Source: an uncultured Anaerolineaceae bacterium (GTDB taxonomy: Bacteria > Planctomycetota > Phycisphaerae > FEN-1346 > JAACEH01). Taken from it: 64,000 nucleotides of DNA. Both the position numbers and the translations under genes were made by a program. Shown here one piece after another: positions 9,803 through 17,601 of this stretch. The notes below the pieces were generated by a model, which saw only the letters and a program-made list of their open reading frames with translations, was not told where the DNA came from and ran no database searches. Every line of letters begins with the position of its first letter. The stretch's first letter is position 1. The stretch is from positions 6,479 through 70,478 of the forward strand of contig CAZCOA010000004.1 in the NCBI GenBank assembly GCA_964500225.1, in the 5' to 3' direction.

Positions 9803-12010
9803 TCACTTGCCAATGCAGAACAGCTTCTTCTCTCCCCGAATGAGAATCCGGCCCTCGACAAACGCCGGTGAAGCAGATGTCTTCTCTCCCACCTTGCACG
9901 TGTCTTTGAGCGAAAAGCGGTCACCGAAGTCGAAGAGGAACATGTCGCCCTGGCGGCTGGGCAGGTACACGGTATTCCCAACCAGCGAAGGTGACGGGGT
10001 CATGGACGTCTGAAAATCGTGCTGCCAGAGAATCCGTCCGTCAACGGCCCCATAGCACACCACCGCACCGTAGCTGTGGACGTGAAGATAGTAACGCTCG
10101 TTGGCCAGCGGGCTGACGATATTGGGCAGATCGGTATCGTCCCTCCAGAGAACATGCGTCGCGGTCACGTCGCCACTCCCCCCTGCCCTGACGGCTGTCG
10201 CATGGCTGTACTCGTTGGCGACAAAGACGATGCCCCCTGCAACCACCGGACTCGGACCGACCTCGCCGTCGATGGCCGCAGCTCGCCAGAGTTCGGCCCC
10301 GGTGGCCGGCGCATAGGCGATGACGAGCGGCGCGGCAGCGGTGATCAACTCGTCTCGATCGCCGATCCGGGCGATAACGGGCGTGCTCCAGGCCGAGCGC
10401 ACCGGCCGCACGGTCTCCCAGATCACGCGCCCCGTAGAGGTATCCATGGCCAAAATGGACGACTTCTCCTCGCTCGGTTCGAGGCCCTGGTCAAGCTGGA
10501 GAATGACCATGTTCTTATACGGCACCAGGGACGACGCCAACCCATAGGGAGTGTCGGGCTCGCCGAGATTGATGGACCACTTTTGTTTTCCGTCGTGCCC
10601 GATGCCGGCAACGTCGGCGTTGGCAAAGGTCACATAGACGCCTCGGGCATCCACGGCCGGCGTTGGAGCGGCCAGGCCTGTGTCGGGAAACGCTTCCACC
10701 TTCTTGCCGGCCATGGGACTGTTGGGCGGAGACTTGACCTGTGTTCTCCATAGCACGCTGCCGTCGCGAAGACCAAAACAGTAAAGCCAGTTCCGGTCGG
10801 CGTCGGCGCTGGTCAGATAGACGTGATCGCCCCAGACCACAGGGGAACTGTTGCCGTCGGCGGGGAAGCCCTTCTCGGGGTCTCCGATGGGAACCGCCCA
10901 CAGAATGCCCTTGCCGGTCGTCGCATTCCATTCGGTGGGCCAGTCGCCTTCAGGAACAAGGCCGCAGCCCGTGGGTCCGCGGAATCGCGGCCACGTGAGC
11001 GTAACGGCGGAGGCGTCCTCCCCGGCGCCGTCGGCTCCCCCGGCATCGCTCGCCAGCCGCACCGTCGGGACGACAAGTGCCACGGCCACCGCTGCCGCGG
11101 CAAGCACGCCGGCGCCACAGGTGACGGCGTGCGAGTTTCTCTTGGCGACGACCTCCCAGTCCGGCTCTTCGGCGCCAGCGTCCAGCGGGGGACCGGGCGG
11201 TCTGTGGCCAAGCCACGCATACCCATGGAAACAGAGGACCGCAATTACCGCCCCCGCCAGGAGCATCCAACGCCCGACGGCCATCTGTCGGCTGCGAGCA
11301 AAAAAGTCTCGTCGAAGGGCGGCATCCTCGTTGCGAATGGCCTCCTTAACAAGCTCGTCATCGGGCGACTCGACAAGCTGCCGGTGAAGCTCGGCCATAC
11401 GGGGCGGATTCTGCCAGAGAAGATCATAAGCCGACGTGTAGTTGCGCAACATCGTCACCACAATGATTGCCGAGAACGCGGCGGCAAGAACCCCCAGGGA
11501 CATGAGCATGGAGCGTACCAGCGTCGCGGAAGGGCGCTGACGCATATTGATTGCCCATCGCCACAGACCGGATGTCGCGCGAGTCCACCAGGTCGCCCCT
11601 TCTGTCCACCTGACGTGTTCGCGCGGACACGACGCGAAACACCTTCCGCAACTGACGCATAAGCCCGATTCGATCTGGAATTCCTTGTGCATTGGTACCC
11701 GAGACATGGCCGCGGCCTTCAGCGTCGCCACCAGACCACACCCGAATCCCAGCAAAGCACACCCGATCCGGAACCGACGAACAATGCTCGCGGCCTCCCT
11801 TCGCAACAGTTCCTCGTCGCCGCCCTGCATGCGAAAGGCGCGAACCTCGAACGTGTCGGCGGCCTCAGGCGTTGCGGACCCCGGACCGAGCACCAGTTCG
11901 GCAAGGGCCACCGTGCGATGGCTGCGCGCCGGTACGTGGCCGACCATCCACCCCGCGGCGGCCAGCACCAGCGGCAGCACGGCCAGGAGAATTCGCAAGG
12001 CGGTCTTCAC
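9803..12010 (-). CDS. Membrane protein with predicted cytoplasmic-loop 4Fe-4S motif (CVSCGRCFASCP), about 5 TM helices, and a C-terminal periplasmic PQQ-like beta-propeller. Probable GTG start at 12010; the ORF-track ATG at 12121 would overlap napH-like by 108 nt
   Basis: Single ORF with no internal stop. N-terminal TM helix (TALRILLAVLPLVLAAAGW), further hydrophobic segments, and the CxxCxxCxxxCP motif between TM2 and TM3. The C-terminal about 400 aa contain PQQ/BamB-like repeats (WPRFRGPTGCGLVPEGDWPTEW..., ILWQHDF...). Confidence 0.6.
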   Translation of the reverse strand: MKTALRILLAVLPLVLAAAGWMVGHVPARSHRTVALAELVLGPGSATPEAADTFEVRAFRMQGGDEELLRREAASIVRRFRIGCALLGFGCGLVATLKAAAMSRVPMHKEFQIESGLCVSCGRCFASCPREHVRWTEGATWWTRATSGLWRWAINMRQRPSATLVRSMLMSLGVLAAAFSAIIVVTMLRNYTSAYDLLWQNPPRMAELHRQLVESPDDELVKEAIRNEDAALRRDFFARSRQMAVGRWMLLAGAVIAVLCFHGYAWLGHRPPGPPLDAGAEEPDWEVVAKRNSHAVTCGAGVLAAAAVAVALVVPTVRLASDAGGADGAGEDASAVTLTWPRFRGPTGCGLVPEGDWPTEWNATTGKGILWAVPIGDPEKGFPADGNSSPVVWGDHVYLTSADADRNWLYCFGLRDGSVLWRTQVKSPPNSPMAGKKVEAFPDTGLAAPTPAVDARGVYVTFANADVAGIGHDGKQKWSINLGEPDTPYGLASSLVPYKNMVILQLDQGLEPSEEKSSILAMDTSTGRVIWETVRPVRSAWSTPVIARIGDRDELITAAAPLVIAYAPATGAELWRAAAIDGEVGPSPVVAGGIVFVANEYSHATAVRAGGSGDVTATHVLWRDDTDLPNIVSPLANERYYLHVHSYGAVVCYGAVDGRILWQHDFQTSMTPSPSLVGNTVYLPSRQGDMFLFDFGDRFSLKDTCKVGEKTSASPAFVEGRILIRGEKKLFCIGK

Positions 12011-12012
12011 GA

Positions 12013-12870
12013 TCAGACGTCCTCCTCGGCCGTAGCCGGACGGATCGCGCCGAACGGACACGTGTCCTCGCAGAGGCGGCAATTCATGCACTCGTCGGGA
12101 GTGATGGCCACATGTTTCCACGCCACGCGGCTACACAGGCCGAGCAGAGCCCCGTACGGACACAGGAACCGGCAATAGGGACGCCCGACAAACATGGAGA
12201 GGATCAACAGGACGCCGCCAGAAATCATCACGGGCAGATTGCCGTCGAGCCGGAACAAACCGACGAAGGGGTCCCAACGGCACACGATAAAGACGCTGTC
12301 GGTGGCAGCCATGAGTATGGCCGCGCCGAGATAAACGAATGGGACAAGCCCCAGCATCGACTGGAGCCAGAGGGGCACGCGCACTGGGCGTATGAGAACC
12401 AGATCCTGGATGGCGCCGAGCGGGCAGACGCCGCCGCAAAATACCCGGCCAAAAAGCAGAGCAAAGACAATGGGTAGCACAAAGATGAGCACCACGGAAA
12501 CCGGCAGCACGTAATCGGCATCGGCCAGCGCGAGCGTTACGTTCTGAATCGAGCCGATCGGGCACACACAGCCGCCGAGGTAGAAGCCGAAGTAGACCAG
12601 CGACGCCACGGCCAGCCAGCGTATCGCCGCACGGCTTCTCAGACGCAGAGAGAACCAAGCGCTGAGGGCGAGCCCGGCTGCCAGCGCGCCCACGTGGACC
12701 ATATCCATCCATGGCGGCAATCGCAGCGGCCGCTGGTCAAGCTCAGGCAACTGGTGCCCCGAATAGAAGTCCGGTGGCGGAAACCGCTCAACGGCCCGCA
12801 CATCGGCAGCACACACAGCCGCCGCGACCAGCGTCAGGGCCACCCAAAGAAGTCGTCGGCGAGTGTTCAT
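12013..12870 (-). CDS. NapH/MauN-family membrane-bound [4Fe-4S] protein (quinol dehydrogenase-type polyferredoxin)
   Basis: 285 aa from internal ATG (MNTRRRLLWVALT...). Four hydrophobic helices. GGVCPLG/CPYGALLGLC and CMNCRLCEDTCP motifs. ATGA overlap with the upstream napG-like gene. Confidence 0.75.
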   Translation of the reverse strand: MNTRRRLLWVALTLVAAAVCAADVRAVERFPPPDFYSGHQLPELDQRPLRLPPWMDMVHVGALAAGLALSAWFSLRLRSRAAIRWLAVASLVYFGFYLGGCVCPIGSIQNVTLALADADYVLPVSVVLIFVLPIVFALLFGRVFCGGVCPLGAIQDLVLIRPVRVPLWLQSMLGLVPFVYLGAAILMAATDSVFIVCRWDPFVGLFRLDGNLPVMISGGVLLILSMFVGRPYCRFLCPYGALLGLCSRVAWKHVAITPDECMNCRLCEDTCPFGAIRPATAEEDV

Positions 12871-13454
12871 CCGCCCTCCTTCTGTCGTCCGAGGTGCTTG
12901 ACGACGTACGGACGATCGGTTGGTACGCGCATGAAGGCATCGGAGGGACACTGAGCCGCGATGGCGCACTGGTTGCAGTTGAGACAGCGGTCCTGACGCA
13001 CCTGGAGATAGAGCGATCCGTTGCCGTAGTCGGTGCAGCCTTTGGCGCAGATGCCGCAACCGGTGCACAGCGACTCGTCGATATGGTATTCGTAATACGG
13101 ATCCTCGACGAAGCGACGTATGATCGCGCCTGCCGGACACAGTTGGTTCTCAGCCCCGGTCTCCAGCTTGTTGGGCTCTGGATGGAAAAAGCCGGTGCAC
13201 AAGTCGCAGTAGCCGCACATCGCAAAATCGTGTACGCACTTGACCGCGGAGTTTTCGAGGACACATGCCGTGCGGCAGTTTCCACACTGGATACACTTGA
13301 AGGGATCGATCTGCCACACATAGCCCTTGGTGCGTGCCCTACCGCCGGCGGCAAGACCGACGCCGGCAATCCCGATGCCGAGCAGTCCGCGAGCAATACC
13401 GCCGAGGAACCCGCGGCGCGTCAGAGCCTGATTAGTCGTGCGTTCGTCGCTCAT
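12867..13454 (-). CDS. NapG/MauM-like periplasmic ferredoxin with twin-arginine signal, 4x[4Fe-4S]
   Basis: Tat motif TRRGFLGG. Four Cys clusters (CIQCGNCRTAC, CGYCDLC, CTGCGICAKGC, CLNCNQCAIAAQCP). Confidence 0.75.
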   Translation of the reverse strand: MSDERTTNQALTRRGFLGGIARGLLGIGIAGVGLAAGGRARTKGYVWQIDPFKCIQCGNCRTACVLENSAVKCVHDFAMCGYCDLCTGFFHPEPNKLETGAENQLCPAGAIIRRFVEDPYYEYHIDESLCTGCGICAKGCTDYGNGSLYLQVRQDRCLNCNQCAIAAQCPSDAFMRVPTDRPYVVKHLGRQKEGG

Positions 13455-13798
13455 CGCGTGGTCGTCCTGTCATTGGCGACGGCACTGTGGGCGCGCCGCC
13501 CCTGCTCGCACAGGGCATCCTTCGGCTCAGCCTCTGCATGCCGCGATATGCGGACCGCCGTCACCAGACCGAGGCCCCTGCTCCGCTGCTGCTCTGCCTC
13601 GGGCAAGCGGCACGACTCGAAGGCCCGGCAACGAGCACACGGCGCAGTCGTTAGTCCACCACCCAATTGCCGCCGCCGGGAGGGCGCGACCAGCCGCACC
13701 GCCGCAGCTCCGACCAGGGCCAGCCCCGACCAACGGACCGCACTGGCCAACACGTCTCGCCTCGTCAGCCTCCGACAAATGCCGTGGGAATCCGTCAT
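13451..13798 (-). CDS. Small Tat-signal Cys-containing hypothetical protein
   Basis: 115 aa. RRLTRRDVLASAV Tat-like motif. CARCRAFESC cluster. ATGA-type overlaps with both neighbours suggest it is a genuine co-translated ORF, but composition is low-complexity. Confidence 0.4.
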   Translation of the reverse strand: MTDSHGICRRLTRRDVLASAVRWSGLALVGAAAVRLVAPSRRRQLGGGLTTAPCARCRAFESCRLPEAEQQRSRGLGLVTAVRISRHAEAEPKDALCEQGRRAHSAVANDRTTTR

Positions 13799-14763
13799 CT
13801 TTCTTCCTCATCACGTTCGAACACAAGCACCTCGTTCTGCGCCGGATCGACGACGAATATTCGCCCGCTTGCGTCCACAGCCAGGTCCATGCCGGCGCTG
13901 GCAGGGGTAAAGAACTCCGTGCCGATGATCCCCAGAACCCGTCCTTGGCGGTCGCTGACCTTGACACGGGGCGACCGGCCCTTTTCCGCGGTGACAACGC
14001 AGCAGTCAGCCGTCAGCGCAAGATTCGTCGGGTTGCAGCATCCGGGGAATCGGTTCGGCGCCATCCCCTGCCCGCCCCAGTATTCAAGACGCACGCCGCC
14101 GCGGCTGAATCGCTCGACGCGCCAGTAACCCGGATTCGTGATCATCACGTCACCGCCCGGTTCCACTGCCACATCCATGTACGGACTGGGGCAGAGAATT
14201 TGCGGCCGTCCCGTCGTCTCGTCGCGACCGGCCACACTGTCCACCAGGTCGCCGCTCACGTCGAAATGGTGCAAGGCTCGATTCCCCGCGTCTGCAAGCC
14301 ACACATCCACGCCATGCACAGCGATGCCCGTGACACATCCCAACTCTCCATGCCCGTCTCCGGGACGGCCCCAGGAGCATGTGAGCGTCCCGTCGGAATC
14401 GAAAACGTGGACGCACGTTTTCTCGGTCGCAAAGACGCGTCCCTCGGCCCCCACGGCCACCGCCGTGACCGGGCCCGGCGTCGGCATGTGACGGATCTGC
14501 ACCCACGCGGCGTCATACACCGTCACGCCGCCGGCCGAGGCCAGGTAGATGCGGCCATCATCGCCAAGGGCAATGCCCCTGAGGCCCTCGACGGCCGGCG
14601 TCTGCTTCAGAACCAGGCGGTATGTCCTCGGCATGGCCGTCGCCGCAGACTCGTCCCCCCTGCCGTGACCGACCGACGATGGGGCGTCCTTGTCAGCACA
14701 GCCGCACAGGCACATGGCGACAAAAACCTGGATGATCGTCCGTCCGTTCGTCATGGCTATCAC
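13795..14763 (-). CDS. NHL-repeat beta-propeller lipoprotein
   Basis: 322 aa. N-terminal signal with Cys (VFVAMCLCGCAD). Repeated motifs (GIALGDDGRIYLA, GIAVHGVDVWLAD, PMDVAVEPGGDVMITN, GMDLAVDASGRIFVVD) typical of NHL repeats. Confidence 0.65.
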   Translation of the reverse strand: MIAMTNGRTIIQVFVAMCLCGCADKDAPSSVGHGRGDESAATAMPRTYRLVLKQTPAVEGLRGIALGDDGRIYLASAGGVTVYDAAWVQIRHMPTPGPVTAVAVGAEGRVFATEKTCVHVFDSDGTLTCSWGRPGDGHGELGCVTGIAVHGVDVWLADAGNRALHHFDVSGDLVDSVAGRDETTGRPQILCPSPYMDVAVEPGGDVMITNPGYWRVERFSRGGVRLEYWGGQGMAPNRFPGCCNPTNLALTADCCVVTAEKGRSPRVKVSDRQGRVLGIIGTEFFTPASAGMDLAVDASGRIFVVDPAQNEVLVFERDEEER

Positions 14764-14785
14764 AGGCCCCTGCCTGCCCCAAACG

Positions 14786-16198
14786 TCATGGAGCCACTCG
14801 CACGCATACCATCTCCGTCAAATCGCGGCAATAGATGCAGCCGTCGGCATACGCGATGGGACCCCAGGCGTCGTGTCCATTGAGAATCTTCGCGCGGCCG
14901 AGCTCCTTGTAACCTTCTGTGGTGGCTTCCACCATGACAAGTTCGCCGCTCTGTCCGCCGACGACGAACAACACTCCGTCGATGAGAATAAACGGGCCGA
15001 GCTCGAATTGTACCTTCGGACCGCTCGACCAGACCAACTCGCCGGCCAGGTCCAAACATGCCAGTTGTCCGCTCTCGGTCACGCCGTATAGGTGGTCCTT
15101 ATAAAGCACGGGCGTTTGTTGCTCGCAACTGAACACTTGCGGCTTAATGCGAAACACCTGTCCCACGTTGAAGCGGTCGCCCTCGGTCCAGACACGGACC
15201 ATCTGGGAGCCGACGCCGTAGCTGCCCGTGAAGAACAGACGGTCGGGTGCGACCACCACAGGCGACGGGCTGTTGGCAATTTTGATGACCCACTCAGGCC
15301 ATTTCCACAGGACGCGACCGTCGCCGGCAGCCACCGACACCACGCCGCCGCCCGAGCAATAGACGTATTGACGCACGCCGCCGAAATCGCAGACCATCAC
15401 CGACGACTCGGTCATTGTCCAATGGTCCGGGTTGGGGGTTCGCCAAACGATCCTGCCGGTGGCCAGCTCAACGGCCATCAGCAGCGGCCCATCTTTGGAC
15501 GGATCGCCGCCGGGAGCGATGATGGCGAGGTTCCCGTCAATGAGCGGACACTGCCCTGTGTACCATCGCGGCACCGTGGTTCCAAACTCCTTCACCAAGT
15601 CGAAGCCCCACACCTTCTCGCCCGTGTCGGTCCGCAGGCACGTGACGTGACACTTGGGCCCCATGGCCACGAGGTACTCGTCCGTGACGGCCGCCACAGT
15701 GCGAGACATGCCGTGGTTGCGTTTGACGGTGACGGAGTAGGAATACCGCCAGATCTCCTGGCCGTCGGCCGCCGAGAGGCAACGGATGGCGTCCTCGCGT
15801 TTGTCGCGGTCGTAGTCCACGACGAAGACCCGGCCCTTGTGAACGGCGGCGCCGGCATGGCCCTCGCCGACGGCAATGCGCCACAGCACCGGCGGCCCGC
15901 TCTCGGGCCACGAGCGCGCCACCACAGCCCCCTGCGGCACAATGCCATTGCGGTCCGGACCGCGAAACTGCGGCCACGAGCCATCCAGAGGCGCAGGCCG
16001 CCCGGTGCCACGAACAAGCGTTCCGGGATTAGCCGGAGGCGGCTCGGTCTCGCCGTCCGGCTTGGGCCGCTCGTCCAGCCCGGGCAGGCGCACGGACACC
16101 GTGACGTTCCGCGGCATCTGATACCAGTGCGCGAGCACCGCCCCGGCAGCAACGGCCGCGACCACAGGTGTCAGAATTACCAATACGCGGACCTTCAC
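14786..16198 (-). CDS. PQQ-like beta-propeller repeat protein with signal anchor (GTG start chosen at V25 of the track ORF)
   Basis: Hydrophobic N-terminus (VLVILTPVVAAVAAGAVLA). Repeated W-containing propeller blades (WPQFRGPDRNG, VLWRIAVGEG, EIWRYSY, KVWGFDL, RIVWRTP, RVLWKWP, ELVWSSGP). Confidence 0.65.
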   Translation of the reverse strand: MKVRVLVILTPVVAAVAAGAVLAHWYQMPRNVTVSVRLPGLDERPKPDGETEPPPANPGTLVRGTGRPAPLDGSWPQFRGPDRNGIVPQGAVVARSWPESGPPVLWRIAVGEGHAGAAVHKGRVFVVDYDRDKREDAIRCLSAADGQEIWRYSYSVTVKRNHGMSRTVAAVTDEYLVAMGPKCHVTCLRTDTGEKVWGFDLVKEFGTTVPRWYTGQCPLIDGNLAIIAPGGDPSKDGPLLMAVELATGRIVWRTPNPDHWTMTESSVMVCDFGGVRQYVYCSGGGVVSVAAGDGRVLWKWPEWVIKIANSPSPVVVAPDRLFFTGSYGVGSQMVRVWTEGDRFNVGQVFRIKPQVFSCEQQTPVLYKDHLYGVTESGQLACLDLAGELVWSSGPKVQFELGPFILIDGVLFVVGGQSGELVMVEATTEGYKELGRAKILNGHDAWGPIAYADGCIYCRDLTEMVCVRVAP

Positions 16199-16331
16199 GC
16201 CGGCACTCCCCGTCTGCACGAGTTGAACGGATGAATTATAGACTATGGAGCACCGCGCGGATAGGCGCAAACGCCTCGCCGGAGCGTCTTCGCCGACCGC
16301 CGGCCCTCACAGAGTAAACGCGATGGAGTAG

Positions 16332-17591
16332 TCAGGGTTTCGCAGCGAAACAGACCAGTACGCCCCCGCGGTTGCCGATAACCAGCCGTCCGTAGGCGAC
16401 CGCCGGCGAGGCGGAAATGGGTTCGCCGCCCACGTATCGCCACAGAAGCTTGCCCGTTTCCAGGGCCACCGCATATAGGTTCCCGTCGTCGCTCCCGACG
16501 AACACCCGGTCGCCGACGATCACCGGGGACGAATCGATTCTGTCCCTGGCCCTGAACTGCCACAGTTCCTCACCATTGTCGAGGTCCAGGCACCTGAGCC
16601 GCATGTCCTGCCCGCCGACCACCACGCGGTTGCCCTTGACGGCAGGCGAGCTATGAAAGACGACCGTCTGGTTGCCAACGTCGAACACCCACCGCGTCGC
16701 GTCCGTGTCGAGGTCCACGCACAGGACCGTGCCCATGTAGGTCGGCACCACCAGGCGCGCGCCGACCCGTGCCGGCGTGGCCAGGGCGATCTGGCCGGTG
16801 GCAATCTCAAGAGCCGGCCCGCCCACCTCGGCGTCCAGCGTATAGATGGTGCCGCTGCCGCAACTAAGCACAGTGACATCGCGACCCGATACCACGGGAC
16901 AGCCAAAGACCTCCGTGCCGACCTCGTAGTCCCAGAGTTTTTTGCCGTCCTCGATGGCGAGACAATAGACGTGATGGTCGAACGATCCGAAGATCACCCT
17001 GTCGCCAGCCACGGCGGCGGGCGACTGAATCGGCTGCTCGGCCTGGAACGACCACAGAACATCTCCCGTGACGGCATCGAACGCGCGAAAATCGCCCTCG
17101 TAGCTGCCCAGCAGCACACGATTGCCGACAACAAGGGGCGATGACGTGATCGTACCAGCCTCGCGGCGGTGCCAGAGGATCTCGCCGCTATCCAGCGAGA
17201 GGGCGTAAAGGCCGGCCCACTCGGTGCCGACATAGACTCGGCCGTCCACCACGGCGGCCGTCGAAGAGATCGGGCCTTCAAGATCCTTGCGCCACGCCAC
17301 GTGCAGCGTCCGCGGGAGCGACGACTCGGCAACGCCCGTACAGGCCGCATCGCCCCGAAAACACGGCCAGGCTCCCACTGCGGGAACCGATTCGGGCCCC
17401 ACATATGGATGTAGCACAGGCTCGGGATCGGACGATACGTCGTCGGACGTCGGCGAGATTCCCCGGTGGCCAAGAAGGATGGCCAACACAATGAGCATGA
17501 CACATACCGGACCGACGTACCAATGGGCGCGCATGGGACATGCGCGACCGCAGGAAGGTGGATGAGGCTCGGGAACCGTGGGATTGTCCAA
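16332..17591 (-). CDS. PQQ-like beta-propeller repeat protein with N-terminal membrane anchor
   Basis: 419 aa. VCVMLIVLAILLG anchor. Blades with ILWHRRE, DVLWSFQAE, KLWDYEV, TRWVFDV, ELWQFRA, KLLWRYVGG. Confidence 0.65.
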   Translation of the reverse strand: MDNPTVPEPHPPSCGRACPMRAHWYVGPVCVMLIVLAILLGHRGISPTSDDVSSDPEPVLHPYVGPESVPAVGAWPCFRGDAACTGVAESSLPRTLHVAWRKDLEGPISSTAAVVDGRVYVGTEWAGLYALSLDSGEILWHRREAGTITSSPLVVGNRVLLGSYEGDFRAFDAVTGDVLWSFQAEQPIQSPAAVAGDRVIFGSFDHHVYCLAIEDGKKLWDYEVGTEVFGCPVVSGRDVTVLSCGSGTIYTLDAEVGGPALEIATGQIALATPARVGARLVVPTYMGTVLCVDLDTDATRWVFDVGNQTVVFHSSPAVKGNRVVVGGQDMRLRCLDLDNGEELWQFRARDRIDSSPVIVGDRVFVGSDDGNLYAVALETGKLLWRYVGGEPISASPAVAYGRLVIGNRGGVLVCFAAKP

Positions 17592-17601
17592 GGCCGCCTC
17601 C

